Source of the DNA: an uncultured Candidatus Binatia bacterium
Lineage (GTDB): Bacteria > Desulfobacterota > Binatia > UBA9968 > JAJDTQ01
Reading direction: 5' to 3'
Assembly: GCA_965213675.1 (NCBI GenBank)
Contig: CBDCAF010000006.1
Location: forward strand, 1 to 30,822
DNA: 30,822 nt
Below the pieces are notes generated by a model. It was given only the letters and a program-made list of their open reading frames with translations. It ran no database searches and was not told where the DNA came from. The position numbers and the translations under genes were made by a program. Positions 18,476 through 27,614 of the stretch are shown piece after piece (the first letter of the stretch is position 1; every line of letters starts with the position of its first letter).

Positions 18476-18721
18476 CAAAGGTGTCTGCCTTAGCAGGAGA
18501 TGACGCGGGGGCCTTACGCTATGGAAATATGAATAAATGGCAATATGGAGAAGAGGCAAGCCCTGCCAAAGTGTACTCAAGCCGAATGAAGGTAGCGCAG
18601 TGACGTGTCTCCGGGGATCCTCGCGATCAGCTTGGGAACTGTGCGCTTTTTCCCCAATCCGTTGCGCTTTGCACCGATTTCGCCGACATTGGGCAATCAG
18701 CCTCACTACGGAAGGAAGCGG

Positions 18722-19521
18722 ATGACTGCGGACCCTCTTGCCGGCCTCGGGCAGTTCGAGGCGGACCTCTGGAAGATCGCGGACAACCTGCGAGCCAATT
18801 CGAACCTGGCGTCGAACGAGTATTTCCTGCCATCCTTGGGCTGATCTTCCTGCGGCACGCGACCAACCGGTATTACGCGGCGCTGGAAGCCATCCGGAAG
18901 GACAAGGCCGCGGGCAGGATGCCGGAGAGGCCACTGATCGAGGCGGATTTCACTCGGCGGCGCGCCCTGATGCTGCCCGAGACGGCGCGCTACGACGTGC
19001 TGCTGGGGATACCCAAGGACGGCAGCCTCGGGGCGGCGGTGACGGCCGCCATGGAGGCCGTGGAAAGCCACTTTCCGCCGCTCGCCGGTCAGTTGCCCAA
19101 GGACTATCAGCGCTTCGAGGACGACGTGCTGGAAGAGATGATGCGGACCTTCGATGCCGAGGCGTTGCGCACGGCATCGGGCGACGTCTTCGGCCGCATC
19201 TACGAGTACTTCCTTACGAGATTCTCAAAGGAGAAGGCGCATGACAACGGCGAGTTCTTCACCCCGCCGTCACGCTTCCCCGACGCGCGTCTCCGCGACG
19301 TCGAGGGCTTGGTGAAGCTGGTCGAGCGCGGCGAGGTCGAGGCACATGACTGGAGCCTCACGCCCGGCCGGTATGTCGGCGTCGCGCCCGAGGAGGAGGA
19401 CGAGAACTTCGACTTCGCGGAGACGATGCGGTCCATCCACGCGGACCTCAAGGAGTTGAACGAGGAAGCGGCGGAGCTGGCCGCACGGATTGCCCGGAAC
19501 TTCGAGGGGTTGGGGGTGTGA
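18722..19521 (+). pseudogene. hsdM: Type I R-M methyltransferase HsdM, frameshifted and internally deleted
   Basis: LWKIADNLRANS..EYFLP, then a 1-bp loss at about 18830-18832; the other frame gives ILGLIFLRH...GDVFGRIYEYFL..F...GEFFTPPS fused in frame to the C-terminal RFPD...WSLTPGRYVG. The DPACG and NPPF motifs are absent. Confidence 0.88.
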
Positions 19522-20500
19522 CCACGACACCGCCCTACACGATCACCCCGGCGATTCTCGACCTGTCCATACGGATCGGCGAAGCGATCGGCCGGGCGGA
19601 GGAAGCGGCGGTCGGCGAGGACCTGCGCCTGCGGCGGATCAACCGCATCCGCACCATTCGAGGGTCGCTCGCGATCGAAGGCAACACCCTCACCGAAGAC
19701 GAGATCACGACCCTCCTGGACGGCAGGCCAGTGATCGCGCCGCCGCGGGAAATCCAGGAGGTCCGCAACGCCTTCAGCGCCTACGACGTCTTCCCGAGTG
19801 GAATCCCACCAGTGAAGCCGATCTGCTCCGTGCGCACGCGGTGCTGATGATGGGGCTGCTCGACGCCCCCGGCCGCTACCGGCGTGTCGGCGTTGCCGTG
19901 AGCGGTGGAGGACAAGTACACCACATCGGCCCTCCCGCCGATCGCGTTCCGCGTCTGATGGAGAACCTGCTGTCCTGGCTGGGCGGCACGGACGAGCATC
20001 CGTTGATCGCGAGCTCCGTATTCCACTACGAATTCGAGTTCATCCACCCCTTCGAGGACGGCAACGGACGCATGGGCCGTCTCTGGCAGACCCTGATTCT
20101 GACGCACTGGAACCATCTGTTCGCCTGGGTTCCGGTGGAAAGCCTGATCCATGCGCACCAGAGCGAATACTACGAGGCCATCCGGGCAAGCTCCGCCAAG
20201 GGAGAGAGCACCCCGTTCATCCTTTTCATGCTGGAGGCGATTCACGAAGCGATCTCGACCCCCCAAGTAACCCCTCAGATAACCCCCCAAGTAACGCGCC
20301 TGCTCTCTGTCCTGAAAGGCGAGATGTCGGCGCGGCAGATTCTGCACGCACTCGGCTTGAGCGACCGGAAGTCCTTCCGGCAACGCTACCTGCTTCCTGC
20401 CCTCGAGCACGCTCTGGTGGAGTTGACCCACCCGGAGTCGCCGACGGCAAGGAACCAGCGGTATCGGCTCACGGCCAGTGGGCGGGCGGCGATGCGATGA
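19518..20500 (+). pseudogene. Fic-domain protein (class II) with C-terminal HTH, one frameshift
   Basis: The N-part (19518 frame) has SLAIEGN. After a 1-bp loss at about 19793-19795 (TTCCCGAGTGG), the C-part has HPFEDGNGRMGR and a C-terminal ...YLLPALE...PESPTARNQRYRLT. GTGA overlap with the hsdM stop. Confidence 0.88.
20258..20293 (+). repeat. 3 x 12-bp coding tandem repeat (TPQV/TPQI linker)
   Basis: ACCCCCCAAGTA ACCCCTCAGATA ACCCCCCAAGTA. Confidence 0.85.
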
Positions 20501-20589
20501 TCCGGTTGATGGAGTTGCAATGCGGGACGAGTGGCGAGGCGCCCGGTTGCTGGATGACGCACGGCCATCGGCCGTCGAAGCGCCCCGCC

Positions 20590-20879
20590 GGGCGCACGAC
20601 TTCGTCCGTCGCGCCGACTGGCTGCGGGAGCGCTTCCCCGATGCGAGGCTGTGCGATGTCGAGGGGCTCGTGACGCTGGTCAAACACGGCGAGGTCATGT
20701 CGCACGTCTGGAGTTCCATGCTCGGCGGTTGCGTGGGCGTCGCGCCAGAGGAGGGCGACGAAGACCTCGACTTCGAGGAGGCGTTGCGGACCATTCACAT
20801 CGATCTGAAGGGACTGAACGAGGAGCCGAAGGCCCCGGCTAAGAGTATCGCCCGGAACTTCGAGGAATTGGAGGCATGA
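20590..20879 (+). pseudogene. hsdM: Second HsdM C-terminal fragment
   Basis: ADWLRERFPDARLCDVEGLV...VGVAPEEGDEDLDFEEALRTIHIDLKGLNEE...IARNFEEL. 20631-20879 is colinear with 19273-19521; left boundary approximate. Confidence 0.8.
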
Positions 20880-21069
20880 AGGTCCGCGAAATGACGCTGG
20901 ATCACCTCATTTCAGGATGGCACGGCAATCGAGAGAGGCCATCGCACGGCAGAGCCAACTCCCGTGGGACTGTGGGACGACGCGCTGGACAGGCGCCCTT
21001 CGTTTCGCGTATCACCGTGGTTTGCGAATCGCCGGGACAATGCATTCATGTGCGCTCAAAGGAGCATCC

Positions 21070-21945
21070 ATGGCTGGAACGAACAAGCATGAGAAGAAGC
21101 TGAAGGATCCGGTCCGTAACGCCGCCGCCACAGTCGCGCATCGGCCGGATGGAAAGAAGAACGAGAAGAAGATCGACACCAGACATTACGAAAAAGAGCT
21201 TCTCAAACTCCAGATCGAGCTCGTATCCATGCTCGAATGGATCAAGCAGAAGGGACTGAAGGTAGTGGTCCTCTTCGAGGGTCGCGATGCGGCGGGCAAG
21301 GGCGGGGTCATCAAGCGCATCACCCAGCATCTCAGCCCGCGAATCTGCCGCGTGGTTGCGTTGCCGGCGCCCACCGAGCGCGAGCAGACCCAATGGTACT
21401 TTCAACGTTACGTGCCGCACCTGCCGGCCGCCGGGGAGATGGTGCTGTTCGACCGGAGTTGGTACAACCGGGCGGGCGTTGAGCGGGTCATGGGTTTTTG
21501 CACCCACGAGGAGTACCAGGAGTTCCTGCGTAGCTGCCCGGAGTTCGAGCGCATGCTGGTGCGCTCCGGTATCATGTTGGTCAAATACTGGTTCTCGATT
21601 TCCGACGAAGAACAGGAGCGGCGCTTCCATAGCCGGCTCAAGCTCAGGCACAAACGCTGGAAGCTGAGCCCCATGGACCTGGAATCCCGGCGGCGCTGGG
21701 TAGACTATTCAAGAGCGAAGGACGAGATGTTCGCCCACACCGACATCAAGCAGGCGCCGTGGTACGTCGTGGAAGCGGACGTGAAAAAGCATGCCCGGCT
21801 GAACTGCATCAGCCACCTGCTCAGCCTGATCCCTTATCATGACCTGACACCCGAACCGATCAAGCTGCCGAAACGCGCGGATGCCGGCGCGTACGTCCGC
21901 CCACCCATCACGGACCAGACTTTCGTTCCGCCCGTATATCCCTGA
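21070..21945 (+). CDS. ppk2: Polyphosphate kinase 2 (single domain, class I-like)
   Basis: FEGRDAAGKGG (Walker A), QWYFQRY, FDRSWYNRAGVERVMGFC, WKLSPMD. RBS AAGGAG precedes ATG 21070. Confidence 0.95.
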   Translation: MAGTNKHEKKLKDPVRNAAATVAHRPDGKKNEKKIDTRHYEKELLKLQIELVSMLEWIKQKGLKVVVLFEGRDAAGKGGVIKRITQHLSPRICRVVALPAPTEREQTQWYFQRYVPHLPAAGEMVLFDRSWYNRAGVERVMGFCTHEEYQEFLRSCPEFERMLVRSGIMLVKYWFSISDEEQERRFHSRLKLRHKRWKLSPMDLESRRRWVDYSRAKDEMFAHTDIKQAPWYVVEADVKKHARLNCISHLLSLIPYHDLTPEPIKLPKRADAGAYVRPPITDQTFVPPVYP

Positions 21946-22077
21946 AAGCAGAAAACCGTCTTCAGCGCGTTCCATTCCTGGCGTCCGGTTCTCGGAGGGC
22001 GGCCGTCTTCAATCGCATTTTCCAGCTCGTGGAATGACAGTATCCAGACAGGATCCCTGCAGGAAGCGAGAATCGCG

Positions 22078-23112
22078 TCAAAACGCCGGGGCCACATGAC
22101 GGCTGAAGCGCTCCATGGAGGCCAGGACCTTGTCCTGGGTGAGGCCGCCGAAGTGGAAACAGAGGCCGATGTGGGTGGGGCCCACCACGTCGATAATACT
22201 CTGGAGGTGCGCGATGCAGGTGTCGGGTCCGCCGAAGACGCCGCGGTTGTCCTGCACCATGGCGTCGTAGGCCAGGCGCGCGTAGATCTTGTCCAACATG
22301 GGCACCCGGGCGGGGTCGAGGCGCACCTCGTCAAGGGCAAACTCGCGCCAGCGATGCCAGGCGTCCTCCACCTCGGCGCGGGCGCGGTCGTCGTCCCCGC
22401 CCACGTAGATGGGGTACATGACGAAGACGTCGTGGTCCCGCTCGGAGAATCCCGCTTGCCGGAGGCTTTCGAGATAGACCTCGATGCGCGGGCGCTGCTC
22501 GGCGTTGCTACCGATCCACGGCAAGGTCATCAGGTGGTAGCCATTGCGGCCGATCATGCGGAAGTTGTCCAGATCGCGGTTGGCGGGGACATAGACCGGC
22601 GGGTGGGGATGCTGGCGCGGCTTGGGGCGCACGGTCATGCCGTGGTAGCTGAAATACTCCCCGTCCCACTCCACCGTGTCCTCGGTCCACGCCATGCGGA
22701 TGATGTCGAGCGCCTCCACCAACCGGGGCTGGGCCGTGGGCCAATCCCAACCATACACCTCGTACTCATGGGGGCTCATGCCCCGGCCGGCGCCAAACAG
22801 CACCCGCCCCTCGGAGAGGAGGTCGAGCATGGCGTAGTCTTCGGCGATCTGCAGCGGATGGTGCATGGGCACCAGCGACACCGCCGAACCGAGCTGAATG
22901 CGGCGGGTGCGCTGGGAGGCGGCGGACAGCAACATCTGCGGGCTGGGCATCATGCCGCCGAACAGGCGGAAGTGGTGCTCGGTGACCCACAGGCTGTGGA
23001 AACCCAGGTTCTCGGCGGCGTCGATCTGCTCCAGCCAGCGGGCATAGAGCTCGCGCGAGTCGCCGTCCAACTCGGGAACGTAGGTATTGAGGAGGTAGTA
23101 TCCGAACTTCAT
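22078..23112 (-). CDS. LLM-class (luciferase-like) flavin-dependent oxidoreductase
   Basis: AENLGFHSLWVTEHHF, HPLQIAEDYAMLDLLSEGR..FGAGRG, PKPRQHPHPPVY. Confidence 0.92.
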   Translation of the reverse strand: MKFGYYLLNTYVPELDGDSRELYARWLEQIDAAENLGFHSLWVTEHHFRLFGGMMPSPQMLLSAASQRTRRIQLGSAVSLVPMHHPLQIAEDYAMLDLLSEGRVLFGAGRGMSPHEYEVYGWDWPTAQPRLVEALDIIRMAWTEDTVEWDGEYFSYHGMTVRPKPRQHPHPPVYVPANRDLDNFRMIGRNGYHLMTLPWIGSNAEQRPRIEVYLESLRQAGFSERDHDVFVMYPIYVGGDDDRARAEVEDAWHRWREFALDEVRLDPARVPMLDKIYARLAYDAMVQDNRGVFGGPDTCIAHLQSIIDVVGPTHIGLCFHFGGLTQDKVLASMERFSRHVAPAF

Positions 23113-23142
23113 GGCCGTCCCTTGCGTTCCGTGGAATGGTCT

Positions 23143-23189
23143 CCCTGCGACGTCGCTCGGCTACGCCTCGCTATGCTCACGACGAACGG
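23143..23189. repeat. REP-like repeat family B, copy 2
   Basis: CCCTGCGACGTCGCTCGGCTACGCCTCGCTATGCTCACGACGAACGG shares CCCTkCGAC and CTCGCTAyGCTCAsGACGA with 2344-2383. Confidence 0.5.
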
Positions 23190-23213
23190 TCTGATGGCGG
23201 CAACGGTCACTCC

Positions 23214-24437
23214 CTACCCCAACCGTTGCCGCAACGCGCCCAGGTCGGGGGCGATGGGTTCGACGTCGCTGTCCGGGGCCGCGACACTGCCGACCTGCTT
23301 CAACCCGTGGCCGGTGACGTTGCACACCACCATGTCGTCGGCACCGATGACGCTCTCATTCCGAAGACGGATGGCGGCGGCGACGGATGTGGCCGCCGCG
23401 GGCTCGGCGAAAATGCCGGTCATGCGCGCCAGCAACCCCTGGGCCTCGAGGATCTCCTCGTCCGACAACGCCACGCCGGCGCCGCCGCTGGCGCGCACGG
23501 CGCGCAGCGCCCGCAGTCCCAGCGCGCGCGGGTTGCCTACCTGGATGCTCTCGGCCACCGTGGTCCCCGCGCTCACGGGCTCCACGGTGGCGGCGCCGCT
23601 TTGCCACGCGGCGACGATGGGCGCGGCGGCCGCGCTCTGGGCCGCCACCAGTCGGGGGAAGCGGTGCGCCCAGCCGAGGCCGTGCAGTTCCTGGTAGCCC
23701 TTCCACAGGGCCGCGAGGCCCGCGCCTCCGGCGGTGGGGTGAATGATCCAGTGCGGCACGTGCTCGTCCAACTGGTCGAACAGCTCGAAGGCGTAGGACT
23801 TCTTGCCCTCGTTGCGGTACGGGTTCGTGGACAGGCAGTCGTACCAGCCGAATTCCTTGACCGCCGCGCGATAAAAGGCGCCCATGCCGTCGAGGTCCGT
23901 GTCCACCGTGACCACCGTGGCGCCGCAGACGCGCGCCTGAACCACCTTGGCCGCGTCCGTGCCCGCCGGCACCATGACCACGCTGCGCAGCCCAGCCGCC
24001 GCGGCGTAGGCGGCCACCGAAGCCGCGGCATTGCCGGTGGACGGCACCGCCACGGTATCGAACCCCAGTTCGACGGCGCGGGAAATGCCCACGCTGTTGC
24101 TGCGATCCTTGAGGGAGCCCGTGGGCAGCAGCGTATCGTTCTTGACGTAGAGCCGCTCCATCCCCAAGTGCTCACCCAGCCTGCGGCAACGGGTGACCGG
24201 GGTGTAGCCCTCGCCCAGGGACACCACCGAACTGCGGTGCTTCACCGGGAAGAAATCGAACCAGCGCCACAGACTCTTGTCCGCGCTGGCGCGGATGACG
24301 CGCACGTCGGAACGAGTCAGGTGCCCGAGGTCCACGTGCGCCTCCAACACGGCCTCACACGCGCCGCACGCGAAGGTGTCGTCGGTCACCGCCTCCCAGC
24401 CGCACTGCGGACAGCGCAATACCGCGATTCTGCCCAT
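23214..24437 (-). CDS. thrC: Threonine synthase-like PLP enzyme (fold type II)
   Basis: N-terminal CPQC...CGAC ribbon, SLGEGYTP, PTGSLKDR (PLP Lys), STGNAAAS, NPYRNEGKKS, GIFAEPAAA, TGHGLK. The true start is likely ATG 24437. Confidence 0.85.
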   Translation of the reverse strand: MGRIAVLRCPQCGWEAVTDDTFACGACEAVLEAHVDLGHLTRSDVRVIRASADKSLWRWFDFFPVKHRSSVVSLGEGYTPVTRCRRLGEHLGMERLYVKNDTLLPTGSLKDRSNSVGISRAVELGFDTVAVPSTGNAAASVAAYAAAAGLRSVVMVPAGTDAAKVVQARVCGATVVTVDTDLDGMGAFYRAAVKEFGWYDCLSTNPYRNEGKKSYAFELFDQLDEHVPHWIIHPTAGGAGLAALWKGYQELHGLGWAHRFPRLVAAQSAAAAPIVAAWQSGAATVEPVSAGTTVAESIQVGNPRALGLRALRAVRASGGAGVALSDEEILEAQGLLARMTGIFAEPAAATSVAAAIRLRNESVIGADDMVVCNVTGHGLKQVGSVAAPDSDVEPIAPDLGALRQRLG

Positions 24438-24444
24438 GATCCCC

Positions 24445-27339
24445 TCAGGCCCCCGCTTCCCGGGCGTCTTCCCACAGCACCTCCACCGGATGAAGCGCCC
24501 GGCGCCCGGCGAGGTGTTCGATCTGCTGCCGGCAGGAGATGCCCGAGGCCACGACCCGCATGTCCTCCGCGGCGGACTCCACCGCCGGCACCAGGCGCCG
24601 GTTGGCGATGGTGACGGACACGTCGTAGTGCTCCTTTTCGAAGCCGAAGGAACCGGCCATGCCGCAGCACCCGGAGTCCACCTCGCGCACCTCGTGCCCG
24701 GCGTCGCGCAGCACCGATACGGTGGGCGCCATGCCCACCAGCGCCTTCTGGTGGCAATGGCCGTGCAGCAGCACCGGCGGCCTGGGTGACGCGCCGTTCT
24801 TCCACGCGCCCGCGACGCCGTCGCGCGCAAGCAGTTCCTCGATGAGCAGCGTCCGGTCCGCCACCAGACGCGACGGCTCGTTGCGCAGCAGGTCGGGATA
24901 TTCGTCCCGCAACGTCAGGATGCAGGACGGCTCCAGGCCCACCACGCGCACTCCCTGCTCCACGTGGGGCAACAGCCGGGCGACGTTCCAGGCGGCGTTG
25001 TCCCGGGCTTCCTGCAACATGCCCTTGGAGATCATCGGCCGGCCGCAGCAGCGCCGGGGCACGGTCAACACGCGATAGTCCAGATGTTCCAGCAGACGCG
25101 TGGCCGCCACTGCCACGTCGGGGGTGTTGTAGGTGTTGAAGGTGTCGTGGAACAGGATCACCGAGCCGCGGGAACCGTTGCCGGCCGTGGCGTGCCTCTT
25201 CCACCAGTCCTCGAAGTTGTGGCGCGCGAAGCTCGGCAGCGGGCGCCGGCGGTCGATGCCCAGGAGGCGGTCCAGGAGCCAGCGGCTCACCGGATTGGCG
25301 TTGGCCCGGTTGGCCACGGGCGCGAGAAGCGATCCCCAACGGCTCAGGGAGCCAATGCGGCCGAACAGGCGATTGCGCAGCGAGACCCCGTGGACCTGTT
25401 GGTAATGGTGCAGGAACTCGTATTTGAGCTTGGCCATGTCCACGTTGGACGGGCATTCGGCCTTGCACCCCTTGCATTCCAGGCAGAGGTCCAGCACGTC
25501 GTGGAGTCCTTCGCCGGTGAACTCCGAACGCGGCACCTTCCCCGACAGCACCGCGCGAAAGGCGGTGGCGCGCCCGCGCGTCGAGTGTTTCTCCTCCAGC
25601 GTGGCCATGTAGGACGGGCACATGGTGCCGCCCAGGGTCTTGCGGCACGCGCCCGTGCCGTTGCACATCTCCACCGCGGCCACCAAGCCCCCCTGATCGC
25701 TGAAGTCCAGCATGGTCTGGGGTTGCCAGGTCTTGTAGGAGGTGCCGTAGCGGAGCGAGTCGGTCATGGCCGGGGCATCCACGATCTTGCCGGGATTGAG
25801 CAGATTGTGCGGGTCGAACAGCCGTTTGACCTTGCGGAACTCCTGATACAGCTCGGGACCGAACAGCTTCTCGTTCAGGTGGCTGCGCGCCAGACCGTCG
25901 CCGTGCTCGCCGGACATGGCGCCGCCGAACTCCATCACCAAGTCCGAGATCTCGCGCGAGATCCGGGTCATCTTGTCGACCTCGCCCGCCTCCTTGAGGT
26001 TGATGAACGGGCGGATGTGCATGCACCCCACCGAGCAGTGGCCGTAGTAGCCGGCGCGCACGCCGTGGCCGCCGAGGATCTCGCGAAAGCGCTTGATGAA
26101 CTCCGGCAGCTTCACCGGGTCCACCGCCGTGTCCTCGACAAAGGCGATGGGCTTCTTCTCGCCCTTGACGCCCAGAAGAAGCCCCAGGCCGGCCTTGCGC
26201 ACGCCCCAGATCCGGTTCACCTCGGTCGGCTCGTACGCCAGCGAGGCCGCATAACCCATGCCCTCCCGCTTTCTCAGCGCCTCCAGCCGGTCCACCTTGT
26301 CGCGCACTTCCTCGGCGGTGTCGCCGTCGTACTCCACCATGAGTATGGCGTCGGGGTCGCCCTGCACGAATCCCAGCCGCTTGGACTGCTCGATGTTGTT
26401 GCGCGCCAGTTCCAGGATGGGCTTGTCGGTCAGCTCCATGGCGTAGGGATTGGTGGCGAGGATCGTTTCCGACACGGCCAGGGCGTCCTGGATATCGTGG
26501 AAGTGGAGCACGTCCAGCGCGGTGAACCTGGGTTTGGGAACGAGACGCATCTTCGCTTCCACCACGCACGCCAGGGTCCCCTCGGAGCCCACGATGAGTC
26601 GCGCGAGGTTGAAGGGCTGGTCCTTGGTGAACTCGTCCAGATTGTAGCCCGAGACCCGGCGCATGAGCTTGGGATAGCGCTCGGCGATGAGCGCGCGGGC
26701 GGAGTCCACCAGCGGCGGCAGGTCGCGGTAGATGCGGCTCTCCAGACTCTTGCCCGCCTGCCGGGAGGCCATGACGTCGGGCGGCAGATCACGCAGCACC
26801 ACCTCGCTGCCGTCCGCCAGGAGCACGGTCAACTCCAGCACGTGATCCAGGGTCTTGCCGTAAACGATGGAATGGGCGCCGGCGGAGTTGTTGCCAATCA
26901 TGCCGCCGATGGTAGCCCGGTTCGACGTGGACGTGTCCGGGCCGAACAGCATTCCCATGGGCGCCACGTGGGAGTTCAGGGCGTCCTGCACAAGCCCCGG
27001 CTGAACCCGGCACCACAGTTCCTCCGGATTCACCTCCAGCACCTGGTTCATGTATTTGGAGAAGTCCACGACGATGGCGTGGCCCACCGTCTGGCCCGCC
27101 AGCGAGGTGCCGCCGCCGCGGGCGAGCACCGGAACCCGGTGTCTGTTGGCCACCTCGATGACGGCCTGGACATCCCCCTTGTGGCGCGGAACCACCACGC
27201 CCACGGGCTCGATCTGATAGATGGAGGCGTCCGTGGCGTAGAGCAACCGGGAGTAGTGGTCGAACCGCACCTCCCCCTCCACGCGCTGGCGAAGCTCGGC
27301 CTCGGTCTCCCGGTAATCCTGCATACCTTCACGCGCCAT
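24445..27339 (-). CDS. FAD-binding / (Fe-S)-binding oxidoreductase (GlcD+GlpC fusion, YdiJ-like D-2-hydroxyacid dehydrogenase family)
   Basis: YATDASIY, RGGGTSLAGQ, GSEGTL, GEHGDG, LNPGK, CNGTGAC, CLECKGCKAECP and two CCG motifs. RBS GAGGAG precedes ATG 27339. Confidence 0.92.
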   Translation of the reverse strand: MAREGMQDYRETEAELRQRVEGEVRFDHYSRLLYATDASIYQIEPVGVVVPRHKGDVQAVIEVANRHRVPVLARGGGTSLAGQTVGHAIVVDFSKYMNQVLEVNPEELWCRVQPGLVQDALNSHVAPMGMLFGPDTSTSNRATIGGMIGNNSAGAHSIVYGKTLDHVLELTVLLADGSEVVLRDLPPDVMASRQAGKSLESRIYRDLPPLVDSARALIAERYPKLMRRVSGYNLDEFTKDQPFNLARLIVGSEGTLACVVEAKMRLVPKPRFTALDVLHFHDIQDALAVSETILATNPYAMELTDKPILELARNNIEQSKRLGFVQGDPDAILMVEYDGDTAEEVRDKVDRLEALRKREGMGYAASLAYEPTEVNRIWGVRKAGLGLLLGVKGEKKPIAFVEDTAVDPVKLPEFIKRFREILGGHGVRAGYYGHCSVGCMHIRPFINLKEAGEVDKMTRISREISDLVMEFGGAMSGEHGDGLARSHLNEKLFGPELYQEFRKVKRLFDPHNLLNPGKIVDAPAMTDSLRYGTSYKTWQPQTMLDFSDQGGLVAAVEMCNGTGACRKTLGGTMCPSYMATLEEKHSTRGRATAFRAVLSGKVPRSEFTGEGLHDVLDLCLECKGCKAECPSNVDMAKLKYEFLHHYQQVHGVSLRNRLFGRIGSLSRWGSLLAPVANRANANPVSRWLLDRLLGIDRRRPLPSFARHNFEDWWKRHATAGNGSRGSVILFHDTFNTYNTPDVAVAATRLLEHLDYRVLTVPRRCCGRPMISKGMLQEARDNAAWNVARLLPHVEQGVRVVGLEPSCILTLRDEYPDLLRNEPSRLVADRTLLIEELLARDGVAGAWKNGASPRPPVLLHGHCHQKALVGMAPTVSVLRDAGHEVREVDSGCCGMAGSFGFEKEHYDVSVTIANRRLVPAVESAAEDMRVVASGISCRQQIEHLAGRRALHPVEVLWEDAREAGA

Positions 27340-27614
27340 GGGGAATGCTCCTCGTAGCCATCCGGTCTTGACGTACCGGCCCTGCAACGGCGGTTCCGGG
27401 TGCATTCAGGATTCTTCCCTTCAAGTCCCGTTCGTCACCGTCCCGGGCGCTCCTTCCGTATACCGCATGCGTTTCCAATGCTGAAGCGGGCGCGAGCACG
27501 CCTCGAAGCGACCCGCGCCTGGCGGGTGTCGACGGTGCGTTGATGGAGACGGGCACCCGCGCCGGCTCTACCCAAGCCGGACGGCGCCACTGACACCGCC
27601 GGTCTCAAGCCAGG

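Noticed and set aside
18476-18721. tRNA or att site at the argS-side edge of the R-M island
   Set aside because: No cloverleaf or TTCGA T-loop, no flanking direct repeat and no integrase found.
19785-19800. Programmed -1 frameshift in fic
   Set aside because: No canonical X-XXY-YYZ slippery heptamer at the shift site.
24964-27357. 797-aa antisense ORF; likewise 7899..9950, 22096..23697, 2290..3630 and 911..2041
   Set aside because: Shadow frames of well-supported genes; stop codons are scarce at this GC content.
27340-27614. Possible riboswitch upstream of the oxidoreductase-thrC operon
   Set aside because: No recognisable SAM, lysine, glycine, TPP, FMN or cobalamin consensus by eye; an Rfam cmscan would be needed.
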